This document shows, piece after piece, positions 38,357 through 54,310 of a stretch of 58,374 nucleotides of DNA. Position numbers and translations under genes: made by a program. The notes beneath the pieces were generated by a model. It had not been told where the DNA came from, ran no database searches, and was given only the letters and a program-made list of their open reading frames with translations. Source of the stretch: Octopus bimaculoides (taxonomy: Eukaryota); assembly GCF_001194135.2 (NCBI RefSeq), contig NC_068990.1, positions 63,589,666 to 63,648,039 of the forward strand, given 5' to 3'. Every line of letters begins with the position of its first letter. The first letter of the stretch is position 1.

Positions 38357-38978
38357 TGCATATATATATATACATACATCATACGTACATACATGAATAC
38401 ATACATNNNNNNNNNNNNNNNNNNNNNNNNNNNNNNNNNNNNNNNNNNNNNNNNNNNNNNNNNNNNNNNNNNNNNNNNNNNNNNNNNNNNNNNNNNNNNN
38501 NNNNNNNNNNNNNNNNNNNNNNNNNNNNNNNNNNNNNNNNNNNNNNNNNNNNNNNNNNNNNNNNNNNNNNNNNNNNNNNNNNNNNNNNNNNNNNNNNNNN
38601 NNNNNNNNNNNNNNNNTATATATAAAACACAGATGGGTTGAGGTTCACTAGTTGTTTCAGACGGGTTTCTTATTAATGAAGAAATTTATTATATCATGTT
38701 TTTATTTTTGCAGATGAATACAAATTCAAATTAAATTTTTTGTACAAAGAGTTCAGATTACGTATAAAAGTAATAATTTAAATGACTAAAGGAAAAGCTA
38801 AATTGACATAAATGGACGATATTTTTATTCCTCGGAGTCGTGTATTGCACCCCGTTAGTATTAATCGAAGTCTTACGGATATCCTTTTGATTTTGGAAAA
38901 CTATGCTAGCCAGGATCCTGCACGATGTGCTAATGAGGCGACGGTGAGGATTATAATATCCCATTAGTCTCCTTCTCC

Positions 38979-39016
<38 letters not shown>

Positions 39017-39265
39017 ATATACACACACGCGCGCGCATATATATATGAATGTATGTATGTAAATATATATATTATGTATATATTTAATGTTATTTATATA
39101 CATACATATATGTGATGTGTGTGGTGTATGTGTTATAATTTGGCTTGGGCAAAGCGATTGTGATAACCGGTTGTTAGAAATCAAATTAGAGGCAGTCAGG
39201 GTATGTATATGTATATGTATATGTCTGTGTGTTTGTGCGTTTGTGTGTGTGTGTGTGTATGTGTG

Positions 39266-39320
<55 letters not shown>

Positions 39321-39820
39321 GCGTGCGTGCGTGTCAATATGTAACTTTATAATATTTTCACGTTTCTCTTATACGAAAGTATATATTTTCGGTCTGTATC
39401 TGCTTCAGATTCTTTTCATTTTTATTGAGCTCTCTCACTAACTGTTTTGTGTAGGAAAGTATCTTCACCTTCATTGCGCAATATATTATCTCTTTCATTG
39501 CTCTCACCACCCTCTCTCTTTCTCCATCATCACACTAACACGAATACAGACACATGCACATCGGTATATGTGCACATGGAATGTGTTTTGCATAAACTGA
39601 CCGTTGCTATACACATTCCTATATGTGATGTCTGTATATCTCTATATGTGGAAAAGAATGAATGCGATCCTTGTAGCAAAGGCTCCGAAATAGAAAAATT
39701 GGCAACGAACAAACATATGTATACAAAGTCATAGATATGTATATTTGTACATGTGTGTGCATGCACACGTTCGCGTATGTAAGCTTATGTATATAAGCAT
39801 ATGTATGCGTGCGCGTATGC

Positions 39821-39865
<45 letters not shown>

Positions 39866-40699
39866 TTTCTGCCTATTCGCGTGTCTACTGATGTGTGCGT
39901 GTGTGTATGCGTGCGTGTGTGTCTGTGTCTCTGTGTGTGTCTGCGTGTGTGTGTGTGTGTGTGTGTATGTATGTCTGTGAGTGTGTGTGTCTGCGCGCAC
40001 GTTCGCTTAACACTTAGTGATAAAGGGAAAAAATCATGAAGAATATTGAATAAAAATACCTGTAATGTCAAAACACCCGCATTTCAGTCACGGATTCCAA
40101 GTTGGAACACAACTAGAAAATGCTTAAGTTCTTTTTTATGTTGAATTTTCTGAATGTATGAATGTCTCTTCAGGTAAAAATTAGATGCAGTAAATACATT
40201 TATCGATGTTGATAAAGTTAGAACTTATCCTAAATTTTAACAAATATTCAAATGTTTAAATAGGCGTGGTGTATCACTGGAACACGTCACACAGGAAACT
40301 TTGTTTCACTTATGTATTATTACCTAGATGTACCGATTGGATGCTAGTCTTGATGTAAAGTGGGAGGAGTTATCTTTAAGAAATATCATAATTTTTACAA
40401 ATTAATGTATGCAACTGTTAACGTACTTTTCCGTTAGTAAAGATGTGTGATGCACCTATAATTATTGTTACAGTAAAATATTTACGCTTGTAATCGAGTT
40501 AGGAAGTGAGGAAAAGAAATGGAGAAAAGATACGTAGTTAAGGAAATATCAAATTAATCATTTCAAGTGGATGGAGTAACTGTCCGTCTGGTGTACAATT
40601 TTTGCCTCTTGTTTGTAACATATTTCACATGGATCGCCGCTCTTTCTTCGAACTTGAATCAGCTGAAGATCATGTCACAGACAGTTTGATCATTAAACT

Positions 40700-40880
40700 G
40701 AGTCACCTACTCGCTTTACTCTTAGGAGTAAAGACATACTAGGGCACCGCCTTGAAAACATGAACAATTCGTTTCCAGTACTTACTTTTTCTAAGTAGGA
40801 TACTAATTTTACGTGTAACTTTTGCCGAACCGCTAAGTTATAGGGATATAATCAAACGAACACTGGTTGTCAAATGGAAT
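40700..40880 (-). mobile_element. SINE family B tail module
   Basis: GGGCACCGCCTTGAA...TTTTGCCGAACCGCTAAGTTA...GGTTGTCAA shared with 36700-36830. Confidence 0.7.
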
Positions 40881-40955
40881 GACACTCACTCATGCATATG
40901 CATATGTGAGCATGTATGTACGTGTGTATGCATGAATTTGTTCATGTATATATAC

Positions 40956-41082
<127 letters not shown>

Positions 41083-41138
41083 TAAAAATAAATACAAAAA
41101 AAAAGGGTTTTGTATGATCGTGTATAGAGGAATATATT

Positions 41139-41517
<379 letters not shown>

Positions 41518-41674
41518 ATGTATACATACATATGCCTTTTTATGTATTTATTTTGCAAGATGCCTGATGTGAAATCGTGCGTAAAAACAGATATTGTAAT
41601 ATTTCGGGAAGGTCATTTTTGTGGGGTAAATAAACACAGGCACTATATATACGTTCTTCTCTTCGGGTTTATGC

Positions 41675-41686
41675 TATTATTATTAC

Positions 41687-41752
<66 letters not shown>
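41675..41752. repeat. (ATT)n microsatellite
   Basis: Directly visible. Confidence 0.97.
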
Positions 41753-41753
<1 letters not shown>

Positions 41754-42076
41754 TTATGTCCTATGTCTGGAGATCTTTCGTCACACGTCCTGTGACCTCT
41801 TCGGTAACTCTCCATCCTACGTGTCTCCTCTTGTTCTGTTTAGTCCAGTTTGTCTTTATATATCTTTCTTAATAGAAATTCAAAATGAACTCAACAAACA
41901 AGAAACACGTGGGATGGAGAGTCGTTAAAGAGGTCACAGGATGTGTGATAAAAGATTTCCATACATAGGACATAAAATAAGAATAATACTGAAATAAATC
42001 TGAAGCGAAGAACGAATGTATAGTGCGTGTGTTTATTTGGCAAAAAATGGGTAACCCGAAATATAACAAATTAACA

Positions 42077-42142
<66 letters not shown>

Positions 42143-43297
42143 ATGGTGCTTGTCTACTCGTGACCGAGAAAGCCCATTAGTGACCATTGCCCATTCAAAA
42201 TGCCAGCGATGCCTGTGCATTAGGTTATTGCACCCGCGGAGAACTGCACCTGGGTTCGTGTCCACGGCTTACTACGGCGCCCTCGTACTCAGCAGGGCAT
42301 CGGATAGTCGGCATCTCATAGACCATCTCTACCCTGCTGAAGCGATCTAGAGATAATCACAGGAAATATATATGGTGCCACCATGGAGTGCAGACTCAGG
42401 AATGTGGGATCGCCATGCTTTCAAGCGCAAGCAAAACATACCCAAAATGTTAAATGCCATTCTCAGCATATTTGGTTTTATATCAGAGTGACTTTCTTCT
42501 AGGGACCTGCTTTAACAAAAACTAAGAGGTGCCTCATTTTCAGTGGTCTTACAGCATGCCGAACAGCAGCCCCGGAATTTCTGAGCTTCCATGTTATTCC
42601 TAGATAGTCGTTGAACCTATTCTAGGTTTATATGTCCTTCTCACAGGTCTTGTTTTAGCCTATTGATACTGAAACCGAAGCCTCAAGAATTTATATATTG
42701 TTCAGTCTACTATACTTCTCTTATATATATATCATGGGGCTGCACCTAGAAAGTTCCACTTTGATGCGCAAGTCTGTGTAAGGTCGTTTATAGAACAGCA
42801 GTTGCCCAATGCATACCAGCCTCCCCTCTGCATGCAACCGATGTTATCCAAGGCAAAGACCGATACAGCTTGACACCAGTAACATCGCAACACATTTCTA
42901 CAGCTGAGTGAACTGAATATGTCTATTCTTTTCACGATCAATCAGCAATTCTTTTTTTATTTCTGTTTCTTTCTTTATTTTGTGTGGTCAGCTCAAGGAT
43001 GATGAACTTTTCTTGGAGAAGAGATTATTAGCCCCCACCCCCACCCCCAGTAGAAAGGCATGTTGTACATAGTTTCACACTGCCAATTTCAACAAAACGG
43101 AGAAAGAGAGGAATAGAAGGCGAAGTGTCCAACCAGTACTTCACAGGTACTTTAGTTCACGACCTTGGAAGATTGAACGATGAAATTGCCCTGAGAGCGA
43201 AGAAAGCCAGAAAAGATACAAGAAGGCAATCTATTCAATGCTCTGATGACTGTGCCAGATCAGTACCTTCTTTTTACACCCGCACACACACACACAT

Positions 43298-43337
<40 letters not shown>

Positions 43338-44500
43338 GTGTGTGTGCTTGTATGTATGCACATATATATGTATATACATATGTGTGTGTGTATGTATATA
43401 TATATATATATATACATATTTGCACAACTTATATCATACCTACTGCAACTTCATTGTAGCAGGTCTATAATTATGTTTGAATTATAAATTACATGTTCTA
43501 AAGTGTTACCACCTGTTTTGCGTGTTCATTCTTTATAATATATATCTGCCCGCTCAATGATGAACCACTTAGGAGACTATAACACCACTTTTGCTTTAGT
43601 CGCAATTCAAGTCGGAGTTTTAGTGGTAAACTATCCTTAAATCTTATTGTACATACATACCTATTACATTACATTAAGTCATTACGCGCGCACACATACA
43701 CACACGCGCACGTGTGTGTGCGCGTGTGTGTGTGTGTGTGTGTGTGTACAGTACTACCAGTGCTTGGCAATGATGTGAAATAAATGAACTTTAGTTTAGT
43801 GAAAATATGTTTGTGACATATTTTAATTTCTAAATGCTAATTGACTGCAGTTGTTGTGAAGAAAAAAAAGGCTTTCATAAAGGGAATAGTGTAAAAACAC
43901 GATATCTGCCTAATGCTTCCCTACAGCGGACTCCCAGTTGCGTTTCTGACTAATAGTGGCTTTAGAATGTGTCAAGGATTATCCCTCTTCAGGATAGATA
44001 TGATGTCTTACACATTTTACTATAAGGGATGATTTTCTTTTCTCCACAGTTACTGTAGTTAATTTGTCTTCAAACGTTAAAATAAGCCACAAACATATGT
44101 TAACAAACCTATAGTTCAATTATTCTTCATCACTGCTTAGTGGAACAAGCGGTTCACAAGAGCATCTTAGTCGCTGATATTGACTGTTCTAAGATAAAGT
44201 TAAGGTTTTAGAATCTGCCCCGGGTTATCTTTCTTATTTGTATAAAATGTGTTAAGAAAATAGTTGCTGAATATTGATTTCGTGTTTCTGATGCAGGTTT
44301 TGTTGATCCAAAGTTCTCAATTCTAAGTGTATTTCCCCAACGATATGATGCATTTACGACCATTATATTTACTAATGTTAGCCTAGCCTACTTAGCATTC
44401 ATGGCTTCAAAGGGATCTGGTCAGAACAAGTAAAAAAAAAAATCATTTCAATCTCATGGATAAAAGATAAAATCCTACAACAGATTATCTTTAAAATATA

Positions 44501-45448
<948 letters not shown>

Positions 45449-46107
45449 AGCCAAGTCAACATCTTTAAACCTTCTACTCATCGCTTGATTTAAGGAAGGT
45501 GTCGGTATGATATTTGTTGTCGAAGCTAGAACAAGGGAAATTACAGCCGAAAATAATTGTAATCATTTTCTCATACTTTCTTTCATTTGATTTATACGTT
45601 TTACTTTTTGCTGACGCAAAATATAGCTAATTTTCTCATGACTGGGGTAACTGTTTTATCATGTCTTTGCAATGTAACTGATTTACGAGGTTATGTGTAT
45701 AAAATGAGACGTTTGTACAGGTTGAATAATGTGTGCCACAGAATACAGCTTCGTAAACTTCTAGCTTGAGATTTCTTGAATCTTGAAATTTATTGTTGCA
45801 TATAATGCGATATGAACCGCTTAAAAATGAAAACTAAACCACCGTTTACTACTGAGAATTGTTCGTTCCCAAGAAATATTAGGGGAGTAAAGATAATAGT
45901 CTTTGTATATGGCTATGTGGACATCATGAGATTTGATCAGTCTAATACTTGTTCTGTGAGATTACTATGTAATGTGGGAGATAATCGTGAAGTAGAGGGT
46001 ACTGGAAATGTATGTACAAGGATGGTTAAATGGCTAATGAAGTGTGTGTTTAGGATGATTTAGATCAACGTCACGCAACAAAATAAACGGTAATATTGAT
46101 CCACAAA

Positions 46108-46560
46108 AAGGGTGGCGAGCTAGCAGAATCGTTAGCACGCTAGGCAAGATGCGTTAGGGCATTTCGTCCGTCCTGACGTTCTGAGTTCAACTTCCGCCTA
46201 CGTCGGCTTTGCCTTTTGGGATCGATAAAATAAGTACCAGTTGAGTACTGGGGTTCGATGTAATTGACTTACCCCCTACCCTAAAATAGCTGGCCTTGTG
46301 CCAAAATTTGAAATCAATATTGAGCCACACAAGAGCGGTGAGCAGGCAGAACCATTAGCACGCCGAGCCGAATGCTTTGCGGCATTTCGTCCGTCTTTAT
46401 GTTCTGAGGTCAAATTCCGCCGGGGTCGACTTTGCTCGCCATCCCATCGTGGTCGATAAAATAAGTACCAGTTGAGCACTGGAATCAATGTAATCGACTT
46501 ACCACTCCACCCCCACCCACCCCGAAATCGCTGGCCTTGTGCCAAAATTTGAAATCAATA
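46108..46560 (+). mobile_element. Tandem dimer of SINE family A (46108-46320 and 46331-46560)
   Basis: Two full copies separated and flanked by three AATATTGA-CCACA motifs. Confidence 0.9.
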
Positions 46561-47145
46561 TTGAGTCCACACATCAAGAAAACAGGCTTTTTTTAACAAG
46601 CCTCAAAATGAGAATCATAAGGACATTCAGTGGGATCAGAATATGAACTGAAGATCGCAGATATACTTCACCTCAACATTTGTAAAATTATAGAATACAT
46701 TCAATCAAAAATGTAGAAAATAACATCTAAGCGGAAGAATATTAGCAATCTTTCACTCTGAATGTTCATTAGTTCCAAAGCTGAATTGAAATAGCTTCAA
46801 TGGAAGGCTGAAACAGCGTCGTAATATTGGTTTTCTGCGAGTTTACCGAGGTATGAAAATATTCTACTTCGGCGTATTATCATAGATTATAATATTCTAA
46901 CCCAAATATTCTTTGCCTTTTATACCTAATATCACTAAACCGAAATGTTATACATGAAACTCCCAAGTCAAAACTGCATTCTTCCGCATATCTTTTTTCT
47001 TCTTACACAAACCTCTTACTCCATCTTAGCTCGTGCTATTTCTCACCACCAGCGCGTGCGTACACATAAGTACATGCATACACACATGCACGTATGCAAA
47101 CGCACATAAGTAGAACTGTATATGGGCACACGTGTATGTGGTTGC

Positions 47146-47261
<116 letters not shown>

Positions 47262-47405
47262 CAGTTTCAAATGTTATTCGTCCAACAAGCAGTATGTGTA
47301 TTCTATATATATATGTAATCATAACTATATATATATATATATATATATACATACGTATGTATATGTATGTATTTATATCTAAACGAATATTTCTAAATAT
47401 CAGCC

Positions 47406-47441
<36 letters not shown>

Positions 47442-48442
47442 GCACACACACACGCACACACACACACACATATATATACATACATACACAGCGGGCGCAT
47501 GTGTGCGTGTGCAATGCGTCATAAATATATAGGTTCATATATGCATGTGCTTATAAATGTCTACATGTATTGATAAATATGTGTACTGTGAAACGAATTT
47601 CAATTTCGCAGGAACCAATATATTAGTCTACTTACCTTTACAGTTGACAGATGATTTATTTCTCCTATGTCATCGAGCAAATTCCTTCGCCATAGTCATG
47701 TTTCATACCATATCACGATAGTATATTATAATTCCGATCTTCATTGAAAATACGTGTAACACAAAACGCGCTGCGAGGTGATGAATCTTCATATACAATA
47801 GCTTGGAAAAGCTTATGTCTTCCATAATATACATTCGAGTGCAGATATATTTCTATTCACGCATTTATCTCTATATATGTGTGCTTAATGCTACATACAC
47901 GTACAAGCACAGGTGCATACAAGCACAAATGGACACAGGAGCTCATAAATGTATAATGATATACGCATGCAACGAGGCGCATACAAATCCAAGCATAAAT
48001 ACCACATCGAACTGGCTATGTTCTAACATTATTGTTCAAAAGGGATGTCGTATTTCAGAAAAATATTTCCCAGAAATATTATGCAGGCAGTTAACAGACG
48101 TGAAAACTAAATAGCTTTTATCTAAATACCCAAATTACATAAGAACATTTAATAGCAACGACATTGACGAACTGGGATTAACGCTGATAAGAAGTAACCC
48201 TAATTTGAATATTCATAGCGTTATTATATTTAGCTTTCTTCCTCGCTGTTCTGGACCTTGAAATCATATACGCCAAGTAGTATGAAAAATACTTGTCTTG
48301 GAAATGACTGTTTTAAAACTATTACGATGCTAAACGCTCCCAGTATATGGCGGACGTATAGTATAACAAAAGTAGTCATGAAATTTGCATTTACTGCAAT
48401 ATGGGATAGATATGATAGCATAGCATATTATATATATTAGTA

Positions 48443-48482
<40 letters not shown>

Positions 48483-48604
48483 TGTGTGTTTATATATATA
48501 TATATATANNNNNNNNNNNNNNNNNNNNNNNNNNNNNNNNNNNNNNNNNNNNNNNNNNNNNNNNNNNNNNNNNNNNNNNNNNNNNNNNNNNTATATACAT
48601 ATAT

Positions 48605-48635
<31 letters not shown>

Positions 48636-48818
48636 CGCATAGATTGATAGATAGATGAAAGCTGAATTGACAGACATGTTACAATGTTGGATAAAATACC
48701 TAACGGCGCTCCTGCGCCCCAGGATCAATTCTCTGCTATGGTTAACTTCGCATTTTAACTTTTGTAGATTGACAAATGAAATACGAATTATGGAATGGAT
48801 TTTTCTCTCTCCTTCAAT

Positions 48819-48883
<65 letters not shown>

Positions 48884-49704
48884 CTGGAGAAATTGGTTGC
48901 GGTCGGATTTCGAGAGGGACAGGTTCCACCGTGTTTATAGGCTCAAAGACACTTATTGTACAACAGCCAACCCATAACTTCATCAGGTGTTGATGTCTCT
49001 AGCTAAGACAGATGAGGTCTACATCTTCAAATGTAGGGAGTCTCTCTCAATCACAGGCATACATACATATATTATACATACATTTATACGAATGCATTCG
49101 ATCTGATTCGTATACACGAGATATAATCCACTGGAGATAGAGTGAAAATTTGTATTCCACGGATTCTCCGTGGGAGATCCCTGAGTTGAAAACATGCACA
49201 CGATCACCACCTATGGAATACACACATGTACACATATAAACAATAATGAGATACACACTTGTGGACTAAAGTGACATGCACGCCTACTAAAGGAGTGTAA
49301 GTTTATCCATAAGCACCAATTAATTCAGATAATGACAAATCTTAAAAGCTGGCTTGACTTAAGCAAAAGAACCCTCGGACTTCGCGACTGACTTGAATTC
49401 TGCAAAGATAACTTAAATTTATGCTCCATGACTTTTCATATCACTCCTGTGTTGTGCTTTAAGAAATCATAGAAACAACATGATTGATTCGATGTCCATG
49501 ATATTTAATTAAATGCTTTTCATTCTTGACAATAGATATGAATGTATTACTCATACTGTTTTACGAAATCTGCTTCTCAACCATGTGGTAGGAACTAAAT
49601 GAATTTATGCAGAAGTCCGTCGTATAGGGGTGTGTGCGTTGTGTTGTATAAATCAACAGGTATTAGGAGAATTCAATTTGCATAAAGGATGAAATATTAC
49701 TTAT

Positions 49705-49930
49705 AAGTCGGTGAGCTGGCAGAATCGTAAGCTGGCTGGGCAAAATGCATAAGGTGGCTTTCGTCCGTCTTTACGCTCTGAGTTCCAATTCTCCCGAGGT
49801 CGACTTTACTTTTCATTCTTTTGGAGTCGATAAAGTAAGTACCAGTTGAGTACTAGTGGAGTTGGGTCGATGTAATCGACTTATCCTCTCCCCAAATTCA
49901 CCGGGCCGTGCCAAAATTTGAAACCAATAT
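49705..49930 (+). mobile_element. SINE family A
   Basis: Full-length; TSD AATAT(T/A)ACTTAT at 49693-49704 and 49926-49937. Confidence 0.9.
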
Positions 49931-49980
49931 AACTTATTAAAAGAATACAATTACCCATAACATCAGTATATATATATACA

Positions 49981-50013
<33 letters not shown>

Positions 50014-50287
50014 NNNNNNNNNNNNNNNNNNNNNNNNNNNNNNNNNNNNNNNNNNNNNNNNNNNNNNNNNNNNNNNNNNNNNNNNNNNNNNNNNNNNNNN
50101 NNNNNNNNNNNNNNNNNNNNNNNNNNNNNNNNNNNNNNNNNNNNNNNNNNNNNNNNNNNNNNNNNNNNNNNNNNNNNNNNNNNNNNNNNNNNNNNNNNNN
50201 NNNNNNNNNNNNNNNNNNNNNNNNNNNNNNNNNNNNNNNNNNNNNNNNNNNNNNNNNNNNNNNNNNNNNNNNNNNNNNNNNNNNNNN

Positions 50288-50319
<32 letters not shown>

Positions 50320-50829
50320 GCGTACATACATAAATATATTCATGCATATACATACCAACCAGCCAACTAACCCCATGCATGGATGGTGGAAGTCAATTTG
50401 TGGCCAAGTAATACTAGTTCCTAAACTCATTTCATTCTAAGAAACGTCTCATATTTGGTCTCACCATCGTTGATGACGTCTCATATGGCTCCTAACGCCT
50501 GCAAGGAACTTACAAGTCATTCCACACCGACTGCAAGCTATGCCTCGCTCCAATCAACAGCCCGACCATCTAGATGCTAGGACCTACAATGCAATATGAG
50601 TCCACTGGCTGACACACTCTGCTACACAAGGTATACGAGAGATCATGCCAGATATCACACTGTTAGACAGGGGCATCTCCATGAGTACACTTGTAGCTGA
50701 GTAGGCCTGTTTTTGAGAAGCACTACCATGCCACTTACACGAAAGAGACACTTTTGTGCCCTCTCAGGAGGAGGGTTCACATCCTATATACATTTACCAG
50801 TACGTTTCCCCTCAGTGTTAAGTTAAGTA

Positions 50830-51072
50830 AGTTACCTTTTGGAGTCATGCCGACTCATAAGGGCTAGTTTCTCGGTTTCATGGCGTATAAATTCTCCACC
50901 TGGACGGGACGCCAGTCAGTCATACGATTACTCATTTATGCCAGCTGAGTGGATTGGATCAATGTGAAATGAAGTGTTTTGCTCATGAATACAATGCATT
51001 TTCCGGTCCAGGAACTGAACCCACAATCTTTTGACCGTGAGTTCAACACCCTAATAACTAAGCCACACGTCT
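50830..51072 (-). mobile_element. SINE related to family C
   Basis: Reverse complement has GTGGCTTAGTTATTAGGGTGTTGAACTCACG head and CCAATCCACTCAGCTGGCATAAATGAGTA core. Confidence 0.7.
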
Positions 51073-51109
51073 CAGTATGCGCAACGTTGATGTTCTCGAA
51101 TTCTTCCAA

Positions 51110-51620
51110 AGTGGTAGTATCGATATTGATCCTTTTGTGTCTTTAAGATTGTCTTTGAAACGCTTGCATGGCCTGCACTGGACACCTTTTCCTCACGCCA
51201 GTCCACAATATACCACCTGTTTTGGCATGCAGAAGCCCTCTAAACTGACAAGATGACTAAACCATCTAAATTGCCGTTTCGTAATCATGAACTCGATAGG
51301 CATTATGCTGATATACTCTCGTATCAAGCGCATGAAACCACCATGAGATCTTCAGGATATTACGCATGCATCGCTGCTGGAATCACTGGACAAGCTGGAT
51401 ATGCCTGCGTTAAGTTGTCTAGGTCTCGCATCCATACACCAGCTTTGTGAAGATGCATTTTTGCTAGGGCTCGGCTCCAGGTGATGTTTTGATGTTCAAT
51501 TGCGACCAGAATCTCGATACAAGCTTCCCAAACGCATCACAGGCCTTAGAAACTGACAAATTTGTACTGAAAGTGCGAGTCTCCTGAACACTAAGGGTGA
51601 AGGACCCCCAGGTCTCGTTA
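51110..51620 (-). mobile_element. RTE-clade LINE, RT C-terminal fragment
   Basis: Minus strand SKACDAFGKLVSRFWSQLNIK and IEFMITKRQFRWFSHLVSLEGFCMPKQVVYCGLA*GKG...CKRFKDNLKD, resembling RTE/BovB motifs. Confidence 0.8.
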
Positions 51621-52329
51621 GAACTTCCTTCTAGAAGAGAAACTCGTATAAAATCCTGAAGTGCAATTGGTTTTCTGGTAGTTTCAAACTCTGTTCTGCC
51701 TCCAGTAATATAGCTGATAGCGTTGAAAGTGGATTCAGTATTGCGCAACACTTTATCCACTCAAAACAAATTCATGTACAGGAACTTCTTGAATATTCGG
51801 AACGATACACGAACATGCAAAAAAAGCCCTGCGGTGATGTGAGTGCAGTGAAGCATACAGGGCTAACAAATTAAGAGTATGTAATTTCTAATACATGTAC
51901 AAGTAGGTGGCATGCGATACTGGTCGCTTGATCTTCAAATTGTCACAGAGGTGAGATTCTGCAGCACCCCGAGTGGTTAATTAGCTCTTTTCAAAGATAG
52001 CACTACTCTCCTGTTGACAAGAGGAACCGAGAAAAGATGATCTAAGAAAAGTTTGTCACTAAGACAGGGGCCAGCTCCTAACGGTTGGCGGTTGTTCACT
52101 CACACAGGTAAAATACAAATGTTCAACAAACCTCTGAGTTAAATCATAGCCAAATGACATCCTCGAAAACATGAAATCTTAAGATATATTGGAATGTACG
52201 TAACCTTTTTAACTTGCAAAGAACCGCACATCCTGAGCGCCGCACCGCTTTTATATGTAGGGAATTGTTTCGGTATAGTTGCACACTCAGAAACATACAT
52301 ACATACATACATACATTGTAAGTGTTTAT

Positions 52330-52618
52330 TGAGCGAAAACGCTTATAGCTCGACGAGGCTCCGACAGGGAGTGGTGGCGAACCTTGCTGTACTCTTTGAT
52401 CACAACTTTCTCTCACTCTTTCTTCCTGTTTCTGTTGTACCTCTATTTCAAAGGGCCGGCCTTGTCACAGTCTGTGTCACGCTGAATCTCCCCGAGAACT
52501 ACGTTAAGGGTACACGTATCTGTGGAATACTCAGCCATTTGCACGTTGATTTCACGAGCAGGCTGTTCCGTTGATTGGATCAACAGGAACCTTCGTCGTC
52601 GTAACCGACGGAGTGCCG
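52330..52618 (+). mobile_element. SINE family C, 3' part
   Basis: TATTTCAAAGGGCC...CAGGCTGTTCCGTTGATTGGATCAAC...GACGGAGTGCC shared with 56075-56248. Confidence 0.75.
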
Positions 52619-52790
52619 TATATATATATATATATATATATATATATNNNNNNNNNNNNNNNNNNNNNNNNNNNNNNNNNNNNNNNNNNNNNNNNNNNNN
52701 NNNNNNNNNNNNNNNNNNNNNNNNNNNNNNNNNNNNNNNNNNNNNNNNNNNNNNNNNNNNNNNNNNNNNNNNNNNNNNNNNNNNNNNNNN

Positions 52791-52854
<64 letters not shown>

Positions 52855-53447
52855 CGCGCGCACACGTATACGTGTGTGTGTGTGTGTAAATGAATTAAAT
52901 ATAATTTTTTAACGTTCAACAGGAATGCTCTTCAATGAATGCTATCGACTATTTATTGGACAGATTGAAAGCATGTACGATATAGATAAATTTTCGTTGC
53001 TATTCCCACTTTTCATCGTAAAGTGTATTTTAATGGCAAAGAATAATTTGTCATGTCTAAATGGATACAAAATACGTCTACGTGATTGGCTCTTCGGCCA
53101 CATACTACAAATAAAAACAGACGTTGTTTCCAGTAAGTATAGCAGAGTGAAATTCGAGTTATTCATCACTCAATATTAAGACGTCTAACAAATATAGTTC
53201 ATGCTAAAGTGTCAAACTGTTGTGCGTGTTGATTAAAACGGGTATGTATAAATTTATGTTTCTCCATATAAATATATATTTTTTGAAGTCAAGGAGTTTA
53301 CAGGACACTTCGTAAAATGTTGACACAGCACAAGGGAGTAGTTAGTTGACAGGAGCAATCTGGAGAAATTTATTGTTAGTTGCAGCAACTGTTTGTTCAA
53401 AGACGTGCAGAAGCAAACTTTAGTGTCGTGTTGACAAGAATTAAACT

Positions 53448-53775
53448 AGGGCTTGGCTGTGTGGTGAGAAACTTACCACATGTTTTCTGGATTCCTAACC
53501 ACATGGTTTTCCGGATTCAGTCCCACTGTGTGGCATCTTGGGTAAGTGTCTTCTACTGTAGCCTTGGGCCGACCAAAGTGTTGTGAGTGAATTTGATAGA
53601 CGGAAACTGAAAGAAGCCTGTTGTATATACGCGCGCGTAGATACGACACACCAACAGAATAAATAACAGGCGTAAATGAATAAAGTTACTGATGTCAATC
53701 CGTTCGACTAAAACCTCTTCACAACATTGTCCCAGCATGACTGTAATCTAATGACTGAAACAAATAAAAGATAAA
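53448..53775 (+). mobile_element. SINE family B, internally deleted
   Basis: GGCTGTGTGGTGAGAA...GATTCAGTCCCACTG...TTGGGTAAGTGTCTTC head; CAGCATGACTG...AATGACTGAAACAAATAAAAG tail. Confidence 0.85.
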
Positions 53776-54259
53776 ATATAAAAGATTGCGGAGAACAAGC
53801 TGCAAGATTTACAGTCAGGAAGTGCCATTTTTATTTCCCAACAAATCTCTCTTTGTCTACTTTTGACATGACATTCATCTATTTGATTGTCAGAGTAAAG
53901 TAAGATATGTTGAATTCCATACAAAGATTGGCTTGGCTTGGTATGTCTTTCGTTTGTACACTGACTGCAAACTAGAAGCGACTTACCTTTGTGTTTCCCG
54001 CGATCAAGTTTTTATGGATTATCCAGTTTCGTCCTGGATGGTGTTAACTTTTTATTTTTGGAATATTATCTGATTATATTATTTATACAAACGTCAAGTA
54101 ATTAAACATCTCATATATATATATATATATATATATAAATATATATGTGGGGGTTTTTTGTCGCTCAATACAACACCTTTTAGTGGGACGGGGGCATTTC
54201 GCGTTTGTAACTCCTCTTCTCTGTCCTTGTGACAAATAAACAGACCGCTTATATTTTGT

Positions 54260-54310
<51 letters not shown>

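Noticed and set aside
48900-48990. Minus-strand CTGATGAAG...CGAAA
   Set aside because: No stem I, stem III or cleavage triplet.
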